Below are positions 11,540 to 25,439 of a stretch of 64,000 nt of DNA, piece after piece. Location: positions 28,490 to 92,489 of the forward strand of contig NW_005434555.1 in NCBI RefSeq assembly GCF_000315625.1. The letters are read 5' to 3'. Under the pieces are notes generated by a model. The model was not told the origin of the DNA, searched no databases, and worked only from the letters and a program-made list of their open reading frames with translations. The position numbers were made by a program, and so were the translations under genes. How positions within the stretch are numbered: the first letter of the stretch is position 1; each line of letters opens with the position of its first letter. Origin of the DNA: Guillardia theta CCMP2712. Lineage: Eukaryota; Protista; Cryptophyta.

Positions 11540-13863
11540 ATGTTGAACAAATTTGCACTAGTATGTTGGCTGTCGATGGTGTGGATTGGAGGGAAGAACG
11601 GAATTTCTTCCTCTTCTCCTCAGAATCGCGTTACTGTGTCTACCTCACATTTCAGGATCATGTCCTTACGAGGAGGAGGAGAAGGAGATGTGAATGGTGG
11701 AGTACTTTCTGCTTCATCGGCAAGAGCGCTTCAGGATTCCAGAGGGTTCCTTAAAGCAAGGGAGAGAAATTTAACGAGGATCGACGAGAATTGCGACCAG
11801 TTACAGGACGTGACACGTTTGGACCTGAGCGGCAACATGCTCATAGACCTAGGTGATAGGAATCTTGTGTCACTCGCGCTCACGAGCGAACCAGGTGGGT
11901 TCCGAAACGTGCATACCATCACTTGGTTGGACGCTTCGCGCAACTGCTTCTTGACCGACAAGCCCCTCATGGGCATGGGGTCGCTCAAGGTCCTCAATGT
12001 CGGGCACAACAACATTTCTCGACTGCAGTATGTGGGGACATGCAAGCAGCTGAGGGCTCTGATAGCAAACAACAACGAGATCTTTGACGTGGACGAACTG
12101 GACTATGAAGGATCCCTTCCGTTCCTCGAGTCACTCCTGCTCTCCTCGAATCAGTGAGTACGAGACAAGGCGTGAGCTGCTGCTATCCTTGATCTCTTGT
12201 TGACCCCTTGGGTTTTAATCCCTTGTTGACCCCCTGTTGACCTCTTGTTGGTTCCTTGAAATCTCTTGTCAACCTCTTGTTGATTCCTTCGTCCCAGATT
12301 CCGAAAGTTTCCAACCAAGTTCTTCAAACATTTCCCAAAGCTTAAGAAGATTTCTCTCTCTCATAATCGCCTTTCCAAGTTCCCAGAGATCCAGACGAAC
12401 AAAGATTTGCAAGTAACCTGCAACGATTCTGATGATCAGACTCGCTCTTGATGAGATTTGGGCAGGAGCTACGGTTGGCTTATAACAAGATCAAGGAGAT
12501 TCCGCTAGGATATTTCAGCAGTGACCTGCAGATTCTTGACTTGGGCCATAACAGAATTTCCAACATGTCTGGGATCATGGTTTGCTACATTCTCTGTGTG
12601 CAATCGTACATCTGAATGTCCACCAGGCGCTCAAAGGGTGTAAAATGCTCCGCAACCTCAACCTGGCTGGTAACTTGCTCCTGAAAACTTCAAATTTGTG
12701 TGAAAGCATGCGAAAGGAAATCCGATTTGCAATGTGTCAAGCTATCGAGATACTGTGATCAACATGTGCAAGAGACTTGAGGTAAGGCTCAGTTGACCTG
12801 ACTCTTTCACTGATCTCCCTGTCAAGATTCTCGATGGCAAAAAACTCGCTGAGAGGGAGGGTGGAAAGTCCTCGCGCGGTTTAAACAGGAAAGAAGATCC
12901 TAGAGAAGTGTTTATGAGCAACTTGCCATACTCGGCTTCTGAGTCCGACATTAAGCAGTTTTTCTCCGATCTTGGATGGGTGCTTTGACTTAGCTATCCC
13001 TCAACATGTTCTGAATTTCTTTCATTGGTTAACAGAAAGCTGTTGTTAAGATCCACCTGCTCAGACAACGCAAACCCAAGCGACCCGACGAGAGTCTCCG
13101 ATCGAAAGGAGTTGCCTTCGTTAAGTTCCGGACAGCGGAACTTGCAGAACGAGCGATCTTGGGCTTCAACAATCGAAGCATGGGGGTGGAAGGAAGCCGA
13201 GGAGAAGGAGCGATCGTACGGCAGATCTATCTACGACCATCATGGAGGGACGTGCATGGAAAACCGACTCGGAAGGTATAGGCTGGTCAGAGGGAAATCA
13301 TGGAGGTCAACACCATTGTTGCAGGTCGAGCATTCAGATGAAGACGAAGCAAGCGATGAGATGGATACTGGGGACAGAGAGGCGCCTCAGTCAGCTGACG
13401 GGGAGATAGAAGAGGTGAAGTCCTCTCCCCTCAAACCCTTCTCACTTGGTCTTCAGATGAGATCGGAGAGCCCAGAAGCCAGTGAAAGAGTCGGCCAAGG
13501 CAGCGAGCAAAAGTTCGAACTCTAGACGCTGACCTGCCATTTATCCTAACTCCAAGGACAGGTACGGAGAGTACGAATCAGAGGATCTCGAAGATATTCC
13601 TACTCGTGTACAAGAAAAGCCTGCTGTTGCTCACAACTTTGTGGTACAAGACATCCAGCAAAGTGAGACCAGCTGTGTGTTTGAATGCTTGAATTTTGTT
13701 GTTTCGTCTTTTATTGACTTGAAATGGCACGTAGAGGAGAAGAGTGAGAAGAAGCCTAAATCACTGAAAAGATCAAAAAATCTAAAGGTGACTACAAGAA
13801 TGTGCAAGACGCAATCCTCTCATGTATCAGCAGACTAAAGTTCGTACACATCTTCAAAAATGA
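11540..13863 (+). CDS. Signal peptide + LRGG leader, leucine-rich repeats with LRRcap, RRM domain, charged tail
   Basis: MLNKFALVCWLSMVWIGG...MSLRGGG. LRRs: VTRLDLSGNML, LKVLNVGHNNI, LKKISLSHNRL, LQILDLGHNRI. LRRcap YRDTVINMCKRLE.LDG. RRM RNP2 VFMSNLP and RNP1 KGVAFVKF. Confidence 0.8.
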
Positions 13864-13910
13864 AATCATCGGCCACCAAGCAAGTAGCGAGGAGAAGGAG
13901 GGTTGCTCAG

Positions 13911-16694
13911 CTAGCCCTGGAAGTGCGCCGCGTCGATGTGCGAGGAGAAGAGAGCTGCTTGGGTGGTGTGAAACGCGGCGAGGTCGGGGTTCAATCCAGA
14001 TGCGAGCAGACTGTCAAAGGAATGAGCCGTTAAGTCCGGGGTCCCAAAAGTCAGATGATGCCCTATGGACCCTGGCAGAGCTTGACCAGACGCCAAATGT
14101 ATGCCGGGGGAAGACTCAGGAAACAAGTAGCTGCTCGACACGTTCAAGTTGTCAGTCAGAATCATCTCTGAGTTGATGAAGGTGTAACACGCTGGATCCA
14201 CCACCATGGCTCCAGATGATGTCGCTGCGACTTCTCTCCCCTGCGGATGATGCGTATGCTCCTGCACGTGCGAGACGGGAGTTGCAAGCTGCCCGATGAG
14301 CGGATACACCAGCAGGTGGTTCACCGAGGAGAGGTCAGCTCCGTAAGTCTCGCGCAACTTCTGGTTGAGAAGATCGTCTTTGCCTTTGTAGAACTCGAGG
14401 ACTTGCTGCTAGCACGATCAGGACTGACTCAGGATGAGGTTGGAGCACCTGAATCTTTTGAATCTGCACAGGATTGTAGATCTTGTAGAAGTGAAAGAGA
14501 GCCTGAAACAGAGTGATGTAGTGGATCGCCTCCATCTCAATCGCTGCTTGATCATACAGGTGCTGCAGGTGACAAATCAAACTACGGTTTAAAGACCGTA
14601 CACACAATACTTTGATAGAGCTCTGCGTGCCGTTCAATCCTCCCATTGAGATATCCGCCCAATCCGCTGCTTGACCAACCCGCTGTGCCCCATTCGTACC
14701 TTTCGCTGATGCAGTTGCAGCTACATCACGAAGAATCAGGGGGGGCATAGCAGAGTCTCATCAAGACCTGAGTAGCTTCCATTCAGATCAGCGTTGTACC
14801 TCTTGCGCAAAGACTCGTTCAAGTCTTCCAGTCGGCCTGCACGGCATGTCATTCTCACACCTGAGACTGTGCCAGCGAGCGACACCTTCGAATTGATCCA
14901 GAAGAGAGCCGATTGTGTCTATCTTTGAAATGTTGTGAACACGATAGAACTCAATCAGCATTGTTCCTATTCGACTTCGCCTATCCAGACTCTCGAGAAG
15001 ATCTGCACATTTTGACAAATAATCCTTGCTCGATTTATCATGAGAGTCCTTGGAATGATGAGCCACGACGGAGTTCAGAGATTCAATGGCTTCTAGCGTT
15101 TGTGCGGCAGTCGGTCGCAACCTATTGAGATGTCAACTTGCAGAGGCTGGAGGGTTCAGATTCATACGAGGGGTGCTGCATTTGCAGAAGCGAAAAGAGT
15201 TTCTGATAGAGTTTCCTGACATCTTCTGGTAAGCCCTTCAGTGCGTGATCAGTTGGCAATGGAAGCCCTACAGTTTACAGCATCTGTCAATATAAAGCAC
15301 ACTTCCCGATGATCTGCATTGCAACCTTTCTCGTTGATTGCAGTGCGAAGAGAGTTCATAGTGTTTGGAATGTCTGAGTACGGTGGCATTTCCATAGCAA
15401 TCTCCCACATGATGACACCATACGCCCAGACATCTACTTTCAGAGAAAGACAGCTCCCATTGATCTGCTCTGGGGCCATCCAAGGGGGGCTCCCTATCGA
15501 AATCAACAGTTAGCTGTAGACAAGAGCTATCCCTCCCGATCAACCTGATATCGTGGAAGAATTATAGCTGAGGAAACAAATGAAGGTGATTGTCAATATT
15601 GGACCAAGAAAATTGCTATCAATGTCACCTCTCATGCTGCAACTTTCTTGCACATCCGAAATCAGCAATCTTCACCTTTCCTTCGTCTGCCACGTAACCA
15701 ACCTGAGTGTCTGGAAACTTTCAGCAACGATTATGACCTGTTAAAAGAATATTCTTCGAGCTCAAATCTCGATGAACGATATTTTTTGAGTGTAGGTAAG
15801 CAATCTTGAACATAAGATTAGTCATCAAAATTTGGTGAAAGCTTATGGAATACCCCAGTAGCTAGGTCTCTAAGCATTGACATCTTTTGAAATGCAGAAA
15901 TCTTATGTTTTTTGTTTTCGTTAATCAACCTATACAAGTTTCCTCCACCACATAATTCGAAGATCTGCATCGAGCAGCATGACCACAACTAATATTGGCA
16001 ATGACATGTAGTTACCAGGCCAATAGAGAGTTTGTTGCAATCCTCTTCGTCTTTAGGAAGAGTTAAAGTAGAGCCCATGAAGGCTACAACGCTAAAGTCT
16101 CATAGTTATCGTTGATGCTTGCAGAGATCATGTTAACCTGGGATGGCGCAGCTGAGTGATAATTTCCAGTTCTAGTGACAAATCTCGAATAAGTTGAGGA
16201 AGCGATCTTCCTGACCCTGCCGTCTATGCATCGATGGGCGTCAGATCTAATCGCATGAAATACGCGTTTACCGGTTTAAGATATTTAACTGCAACTGGAC
16301 TCCCATGAAACATAGCTTTTTCAATGGACTAAAGCAATTTTCTTCGTTAGTGACACCAAAGCAAAGTGTCTGAAGTCCTTACGCCAAATGCTCCACTATC
16401 AAGATTTTCTCCTCCGTTTATGCTGGAATTGGGGACAGCAACTCCAAGAAGTCTTCAAATCAGATTAGTGATGTAGTTGATGTCAAGCCATCCATCAGTA
16501 ATCAAGGCGCACGAAAACACACCAATTCAATCATGTTCTCTATTTCCATTTGTCTCTACACGAGCAAATCAAAAGTCGAATTCTTACGTTGTGATGACGG
16601 ATACAAATTCTTGAAGCTGTTCTCCATTAAACTCTCTGCTCTTCTCTGCCCATCGTAATGCTTTTGCCATCGTTGCTTCCAGTTCCAACGACAT
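13911..16694 (-). CDS. Tyrosine kinase-like (TKL) protein kinase with two C-terminal FYxxxN helical repeats
   Basis: Spliced motifs LDSGAFG, PVAVKYL, LRHP.VVAFMG, FELCGGGNL, YLHSKNIVHRDLSSKNIL, KIADFG, GSPPWMAPE, KVDVWAYGVIMWEI. Confidence 0.9.
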
Positions 16695-17899
16695 GGCGTC
16701 GACTTCTAAAAACGCCTACCCCTGCTAGAAACATAACCCCCGTTTTTGATATTGACACACCCGGTCCGTCTCAGGCTAGGGTTCCTGTTACTTCCACCAC
16801 CCCCTTCCACCGCCACCTTCCCCGCCAAACTTTCAAATTTCACACAACCCCTACCCCCTAGGGACAACTTCTTTCTACCCTCCCTACAGCAAATTCTCTC
16901 GACTACCCTGTGGGCAACAATGATTGGGACCCCTACCCCAGCTATCAAGCTCCACTTGTCCCTCATCTCCTCACTGCCCTCCCAGTAATCGGGCCAGGCA
17001 CAGCAGGCTCAGCCTGAGTCACAACAGCCGGCCAATCGGGCCACAAAGGTTGTCGGATTCATCGCCCTCATTCCACTCAACTACCACCTCGTCCACTATG
17101 ACCCCCCCCCCCCCCCCCCTGGTCTCCCACTTCCGATATTCCATGTACCCACCCACCCCTCGGAGCTCTCGCCATTGGCTACAGATTGGCTACAGTACAC
17201 CTCGCCCTTCAGAAGGCTTGAAGTTTGACTTGGCAACTTGATAGAAGAATCTTTACCTGTCTGTACCCCCTCCTGAAGTTGAATCTCGCAACCCCCCAAC
17301 ACAACTACCACCCCCCTTCTATGAGGTTATCGAATGGTAATGACCACCCCACCTCTACATCGATTGTAAGGGTTGGAGTGCAATGTTCTGAGGCGAGGTC
17401 CTTCGGTCTAAAAAGGGGGGTCGGAGGAATTTGAAGGGGTTACTACCGGTATGCACCTGGTAAGAAGAAGGGGTCATATGAAGGAAGGGCGGGGAAAAGC
17501 GAACGATCGATCTCTTCCTGAGGGGTCCTCGAGACGGAAAAAGCGGGGTAGGCCGCAAGACTCTCAGGGGTGGGCTTTGCTTCAGGGGGTCGTGTGAGGG
17601 AGACAATAGGGGTAGGGTCCATCTGCTTCAAATCTCAAGGAAGTGAAGCTTTCGGCACGAAGCAGCACAGTTAGAGGAGATGGTAGTACACAACATGCAG
17701 AGCGAGAAAAGGATGGAAGATTCTCATAGAGCATCGCCTCACAGCTCTCCTGATTATACCCGAATCTCATGCCACATAGCGACTCGCTTCTTGCTGGTAC
17801 TCTTGATTGAAATCTGACGGTGAATTGGCAGTGCCATGACTTCCTGGGCTGAAATGAAACTCCAAGCAAACCCAAGATAAGTTCAGATTGACCTGAATC

Positions 17900-20800
17900 A
17901 TGCAAGACGAATTGTGTTCTGTCTGCGAAGAGTACATCGCAGAATTTTTTTGTCACAAATGCGACAGGAAAATATGCGTGGTATACACCATGAGATAGTT
18001 TTGCAAAATGATTCACATGAAAACTCTTGCAGGAATGTGATGAGGTGATCCATCTTATTCCTGAAAAAACTGTGCATCAGCGAGTGTCACTTCGTGGAAA
18101 GGGAGCCAATCAGTCGATCAATGCTGGGTTAGCAATTTTTACTTGTCAAACTCCTTGTTGACAAACTTGCTGCAGGCAAATGCCGTCTGATCGATACGGT
18201 TATTTGTTGAATTTTCTGACAAAACTTCTCATATGCTATTTAGGTCACAACCAATCCCAGAATGTCTCTTATCAACAGTATACTCCTAGCAAGCCTGCAT
18301 CTGACCTGACAAAATATGGTGCGGACTCAAAGATCTCTCACTACCCACTAACTTGCAAGTAGGAAATCGTGCAGACAGCATTGGATATGGCAGATCTCCG
18401 CATGATACAAGAATGGGCGGAGGGTATTTTCATGTTTCATTCCCGTTGGAACATTTCTTTTTGACCTCTGCTTCAAGAGATGCCAAGTTCCAGCAGCAAT
18501 TGAATGAGACGCTCAATCAGAATTGGACTGAGTTCCAGCAAATGACAAGTGGCCACTATGGCCAGGCACACTTGAGTGCTGAGGAAAACTCGGTGCCTGA
18601 ACAGGTCAAAATCAAATGGGAAAGAATTTCTTGAGATTGATACAATATCTCAGGTCTATGGAAGGCAGAGTTTGGTGGAGATTGAGAGGCCTCAATCGAC
18701 AAAAGCCGTCGAAGATCAAATGCCATCAATGCTCGACTATTACAAAGCAGGTAACGCTAATAGCCGAATGTGAATGAAGTGAAAGTGAATGCAGGGCAAA
18801 ATACCGACGTTTACAACGAGAATAGCGCGTATCATGACGACCAGGATTCGTTTGAAGAATGCTTCGATGATGTATATCTGTGTCTGACCTCGCCGATACC
18901 GCACTGACGGGAGATGCAAGGTACCTTGGGAGCCGCCCGATGATGATGACGACGACGACAACTCCAAACCGCTTGCCCCTCCTCCATCCAATCTTGGATA
19001 CAACAAATCAGAAGTTCAGCAACAAAAATCCAACGATCCAACTGCCGAAGCTAAGGAGCAGTACTCCGCAATGCCCACAATTGGCACTTCACCTACGGCA
19101 GAATCTGAAAATGCTCAGAAACCAGCAGCAGCTTTGGTTGCAGCGGGAATGACTGGTCTGGAAAAAAATTCAACGGTCCAAATGGTTCACTAAATTTCAA
19201 GGCAAATAATTTTATGTTGACAGGTTCCTGATGACGCTTTAGCAAAGCTCAAAGATACCCAAAGCTCTCCAAATGAGCGATCTCCGGCCTCTGGTGTCCA
19301 TGCTGACTCAAATCAGCTGCGGCAAAAATTTGTGCAGGTATCTTTGAGGACTACAGCTAAACTTTGGCTCACGTTCGGTTGTATTCAGAGAGGAGCAGCG
19401 AGTTTTGTTGCACAGCTTCGAGATACAAAAGACAATTCTGACATGCTTGTATCCTTGATTTTGACAAAGGAGATGCTTTTGGTTGCACAGAAACCAAGGT
19501 TCGTGACTGGACTAGAAAGCATTTGTACACTGACTTCAAGTTTTTGTTTCAGCTATAAGACCCTTTTCACCCTAAAGTTTACGGCGGGAATCAAAGCTTT
19601 TCCAGTACCAAGAGACCAGAATGGAGTGATTGTCATATCCTCTGAGCTTCAAGAACCTCTCGTTTTTGGTTGTGGACAGGTCAGGGAACAGGATTGGATA
19701 TTTGATCATTCCATTAAAGCCTTTTCAGGCCAAACTCTTTCAAGAGACTCTCGAGGCGTTTGTTACTCTCAGCGGCTGCTCAAATCCAAATCCTCTTAAT
19801 CGACCTCAGGTCAGTCCTGTTCTACGATCCAGAGGTCCTGATTTTGTCAAAGATGGTTGCCCCGGGCATCATGAATGTTATTGAAGTCGAACCAAAAGCT
19901 GGAGGTTGTTTTGGAGTCAACGTTTGACTTACATGACATGAGCTACAGAACAATCTGGAGCAGCAGGTCAAGTTCTTTCATCAGACAAGAAGGCTGGAGA
20001 TTCATCATCAGCATCGCAATCAAACGCAAAAGTACCACCTCCTGGTCAAGCGGTTGCTTCTCCTCCTCCTCCACCACCACCTCCTCCGCCGGCTGTTGGA
20101 GGTAGCGAAGATCTCAATATTTATTCGTTTCTTGCTGACACCATTCGACCATCAGGTCCACCACCACCACCGCCTCCTCCTCCGCCTCCTCCTCCAGCTG
20201 GCGGAGGTGATTTGACAGAAACCGTGAGAGCTTCTCTGATGCTCGCGGATAGCAGGACCTCCTGCCCCACCACCACCCCCTCCCCCACCTCCTGCCGGTG
20301 GAGCTGGGCCCCCGCCCCCGCCCCCGCCCCCGCCTCCGCCTGGAGGAAAAGGAGGTCCTCCGCCTCCTCCGCCTCCTCCGCCTCCTCCGCCTCCAGGTGA
20401 ATTGAAGCTGAGCAATCTTCAAGCACTGACTGGTAGACGTTGTAGGTGGCGGACCTCCCCCCCCACCTCCTCCCCCAGGACAAGGCCCTCCTCCGCCTCC
20501 GCCTCCTGCTGGCCTGAAGCCAGGTCAAGGGAATGCATCAGTAAGGAGCAATTTGCGAGGAAGTAGCTATCGTGATAAGGAACGCAGGTTCCTGGATTAC
20601 GACCAAAGGAAAAGAAGCAGCCTGGGAAACGAGTCAAGCAACTGCACTGGATCAAATTGAATGAGGTGACTCATGACTCTCGAATGAAGAGCTAGAACCT
20701 TGACACTTACATTCAGAGGAAAGTGCCAGGAACCATATGGGAGAGTATGAAAGATGAGGAGATTGGGTTGGAGATCGAACAGGTCGAGACATTGTTTGGA

Positions 20801-22870
20801 GTTAAAGTTGTGGCGAAGGATTTACACAAGGTTGCGAACTTCTTTAAAATCCGTCAGACGCTCCATTAAGAGTTTTTGATCAGGACGATGATCTTGACTC
20901 CTCTAACAATGCTGGGCCAAGAAGGAAGAAAGCTGTTATTCTTTTAAGCGCAAATCGCTCGCAGACAATTGGAGTCCTTCTTTCTCATCTCAAAATCCCG
21001 TCGTTTGCACTCTAACCATGCATTTAATAGCTGATTAATTTAACAGGCATGATGACTTTCGGAAAGCGATAATGTCTTTAGACACGCGAACGCTTCAGGT
21101 ATTCATTGAACAACTGGCGCTTTCTGATTGTAATGTGCTGCCGATACACAGCCAAATTTTGTAGTGCAGCTGATGAGACTCTTGCCAACGGATCAAGAAG
21201 TTGCTGCCTTACAATCATATACTGGACCAAAAGAGGACTTGGGAGTGGCAGAGCGATTTTTGTTTGAGCTACTTTGTATACCTCGCCTAAAGCCTCGCTT
21301 GCAGGTAAGCTTTCAGATTGCAATGTTGCAGGCTACCCATAACTTTGAATGACAGTGCTTTGTCTTTATCCTTGAATTCAACGCAAGATTGCATGATCTA
21401 TCAGAGAATGTAGAGGTATCAAGTGATCAACTGTTTCGCTGTTGCCAACATTCTGCAAGGTCTTCAGCTACGCAATTCATGACATCAAGAGATGCACCTC
21501 GCTCGTCAAAGTGCTGGAAATCGTGTTGGCCCTCGGCAACTATATGAACGGCCAGGGACCGAAAGGAGGAGCCTACGGTTTCAAGCTTGAGGTCTCCTTG
21601 CATCTGACGTGTACTCGACCATGATGGATCAACAGTTCTTGACCAAGTTGGCCGACACCAAGACTTCAGATAATAAGAGCACTCTCTTGCATTACCTGGT
21701 AAACTTTGAAAGCTGTTGTTTTCTTGTCTCTGAAATACTTTGAGGTTGATTACATACATCGCAAATTTCCAGAGTACATCAGTTTTCCTCAGGAGCTGAG
21801 CAACGTTGAGATTGGTGCAAAAGTGTCAGAAAACATTGTGAGCTCTGCTTGTGGGAGGCAGTCACTCTGAGCTTGACTGCAGGTGGATGAGATCAGCAAG
21901 TTTAAGAAGGAGATCAAATTCATTTACGAGGAGATGAACAAGCCTTACTACAAGAGCAATGCTAAAACAGACCCTTGCGGCTCAAAACTAGAGCAGTTCT
22001 ACCACACCGCATATCGGGACATGGAAGTGCTCGAACAAAACAAGAAAGAAGCTTTGGCGATGTACAAGGAGCTTTCCAAGATGTGAACATGAATGTTTTC
22101 ATCCGTTGCTCTGTTGATGTGAGTCTCAGGTATGGCGAGGAAGAGCTCAAGCCCGACGAGTTCATGACCTATATTCATCAATTCGCTCAAAGCTTCAAGG
22201 AGGCTCATAACGAGAACGTTCGCAAGAAAGAGGAAGAAGAACGTGTGCGGGCAAGACGGGAGCAATTCTTGAAGCAGATGCAAGAAAACGAACGTCTCGC
22301 CGAGCAGCGACGCCAGCAGAAGCAGATGGCTGGCGGTAAACCTCAGCCGCAGCCCAGCAAAGACCCGGTGAAGTAGAAGTTAATCTTGGGGTTTTGACTC
22401 ATAACCTTTCAGGTCCCTGAAAGACCCAAGCAGAACAAAAGCGAACCTCACGCTCGTCACGAGCCCCCGCAGAAACCGCCGCTGAGGCCAAGCAACGGAG
22501 CTCATGATGCTGCTCAAATCACTGACATGATCAACCAAATGCCCAAGAGTGGCAAGTTTGTATTCAAGAAGAACAACAGTGCAGGCGAAGGTCAAAACCT
22601 CCTACGCGATCACCTGGGCCAGGTAGCTGCTGGTTGTCGCTCTGTCTCAAGCCTCATGTTCCTGCAGGGCAAGAAAGGTGCCGGAACGGCGCCAGTGCAG
22701 GAGGAGGACGTTTTCTTTGATGACATCATCGATGTTCCTTCAGAGCAAAGTCAGAAGCATGCCATGCCACCGCTGCCTCCCGGCTTAGGTACGTCGCAGC
22801 AGGTGTGTCCTCATCTTGACTCGGCCGGCAGGTCCCAGGCCTGGCTCAACAGGCTCGAGCGCAAGGCTGA
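17900..22870 (+). CDS. Formin (FH1-FH2) with N-terminal B-box zinc finger and probable PH-like domain
   Basis: CSVC..FFCHKC..ICVECD..IH..HQR at the N-terminus. Polyproline FH1 at ~20030-20530. FH2 motifs VKQLHWIKL, GTIWE, ERFLFELLCIPRLKPRL, VLEIVLALGNYMNG, AYGFKLE, LTKLADTKT. The 3' end is inferred from splicing. Confidence 0.92.
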
Positions 22871-23294
22871 GCAAGGACGGAGATGGCGGAGATATCCGCT
22901 CGAACCTCAAGGACTTTGGGAAGTTCTTGTCGCCCAACCACAAGATCGCAAACAGACGCAAGTGAGAGGCCTGAACGAAAGAGACGAGAAGAGATTGAGA
23001 GGCTGATTGTAGTGGTGGGTTGCTGTTGACATGAATACATTCTAGTTCATCAGACACAGACCTTGTCTCCTCTCCTCCCCTCTCCTCCCCTCTCCTCCCC
23101 TCCCCTCTCCGCTCTCCTTGACCCGCGCTCTGTGTCTGGTATCTCTTTCTCTCTTCTCCACATGGTCCTTCTCTTGTCTTTGTCGACTCCAAAACTTTTC
23201 AGACTCTCCTGCTTGTCATGATGAGCCTTTACTTAAAAAAAGTCATGATGATTGCTAAAAAAAAGTCAACTGCAAAAAGATGTCGGGGGGGATC

Positions 23295-25325
23295 ATGACG
23301 AGAATGCAAGCGGAGGAGCGGGTGCTGGTCTCGAGGGCCCAGCAGGAGCAGGAGGCGACAAGGAGAAGAGAAGCGACAGCCAGCAGGTGAGGCGAGCGAG
23401 GAAGGAGCTCTCGTTTGACTCGCTGCTCCATGCAGGGAAGAAGAGCATCAGCGAAAGATGGGTAAGTGGGGGGGCCTGCCACAGGATTCATGCTTGATGC
23501 TCGTCCAGCTGAGCTCCAGGAGAGGCAGGAAGAGACCAAACTGTCAGAGGAATTGACAGCCATGCGGATAGCAGAGGCCAGTCGTCGTCGACATATCGTT
23601 AGCCTCGTATTACCCGTTTCAGTATGTTTGATTTGCTTTCAGTCGATCGAGATGAAAGAGCAGATCAGAGAAGATAGAGAAGAGCAGAGGAAGTGGTTCT
23701 GGGAACAAGAGCATCATCGGTCGACCTTGATGATGCTTCAAGCATTCTGTGACGATGAACTTCAGACTTTTGATCATAGAGAAGCATCGCAAAGTGCAGA
23801 TGGCGATTAGGGTCAGGGTTTCCTGCCCGTGATTGCATTTTCACTGAGCAATGGTTGCATCAAGGCTAAGGAGAAGAACCAAGACAAACTGCAACACGAA
23901 TATCTTTGTGAGGCCAGAAAGTTTCGGATCAAGAGAATATTCCACTTCTTCGATCATGACAGGTCTGTTGGGTACCTCTTGGTGAAGTAGTTTGCAAACT
24001 TAGAGCTGGTACCATAGGGATGGAGTCATATCGCTGCAAGATCTGTCCAAGAGACTCCGTCAGGTGCTTTCACTCCTCATAAGACCATCTCCGTGATGAT
24101 GCTTTCAGCTGGAGAAAACCTTCCGCAAGAAGGTTGAGCAGCTGTACCCGAGAACTTCTCTCACAGGCCTCCTAGGACGCTCAAGATATGATGGAGGAGC
24201 TTTGGAGGCATTGTCAATTGTTTCCGGGGTATTCAGATACTGTTCGATGTCGGGCTGACTCAGTCCATGGCAACAGCTTCCGAGCAGCGCAAGAGCATTG
24301 GATCCGATATGGAGAACCGAAACCTTGTCTTGTAAGGATCCATGAGTGAAAATCCTTGGATTGAAGGGTTGCAGGCACCAGGAAAGGTGTTGCAAGCACC
24401 CCGTCCCATCTTCTTTGGTGCCGAGGAATCAGTCAAGGTACCAACAGCCTCCTGCTTGTTTGCGCTCTTCTCAGCTTGTACCCCTTATGACTCTTGTCGG
24501 GCTCTACTCCAAGTCTTGGAGGTAGTCTCAGTCTACTTTCTCTCATCATATCCACTTGACGCCTCTGTGCTCCGCAAGCGCGTCAAAGGAGAGGCAAAGG
24601 GTAGAAAAGAGCGACATCGATGATTATCGAGGGAAACTTGACAAAGACGCCTTCTTTGAGGTCTGACTAGCACTTGTTGGGTGTGCTAGCCGATTGAAAA
24701 CGCGTTCAGATGGTTCTCACATGCTTGGAGGTACAGCCTGTCGCCAACACTGAATCTCAATACCAAGGGATGAAGGTGAAGTGCGATGTGATATGAGCTG
24801 CTTCTGAAGCTCTTTCTAAAGACCAGCGAGTACTACATGCCTCCCCTCCTCGTCAGCATCGTTGAGTTTCTCCTGCACGTTGAGCCATGCGATCTCGTAG
24901 CTCTGCTGGGACTTTTCTTCTCCTCCTCCTCACTGCTCGTGCCAGTCAGTTCGAAGTTACGACGAGCTCGAGAAGGAGCTGCTCTCTGGTGCTCCCAACC
25001 CTTCCCTCCTACCATCTCTTCACTCTTCAACGACTCCTTCCCCTCTCCTTCTCTTACCAGCTCTCCTCGGATTGTCATTGTCTGTCTCCTCAGGGAAGGT
25101 CACAGTCGAGGACGGTATGACTATCCTCTTCCGAAGATGCGGGACCCCAGCTCGAGTCGATTTAGGTCTGCAGACTTTCTACTTGTACGTCTCACACATG
25201 CACAGGAAACCTGCTTGGGTTCGACAGGCTCGTCGACCCATTTGCTCAATTTTCCTTCAAAGATTTCTTGCGAGCGGTTTTGAAGACGAGGAATGGCGAG
25301 TTCATGGGCGAGAACTTCTTTAGAT
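23295..25325 (+). CDS. Coiled-coil, EF-hand-containing hypothetical protein
   Basis: Glu/Arg-rich coiled-coil exons. Spliced RIFHFFDHDRDGVISLQDL fits an EF-hand loop. Ends are approximate. Confidence 0.5.
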
Positions 25326-25439
25326 AGCGATTAGAATCTGTTGTTACAATTGCCGTGTTTGTCAATTGGATAAGATGAAGGTGAAGATGAAGGTGAATAG
25401 ATGATCAAGATACAGATGAAGGTGAAGATGAAGTTGTGA

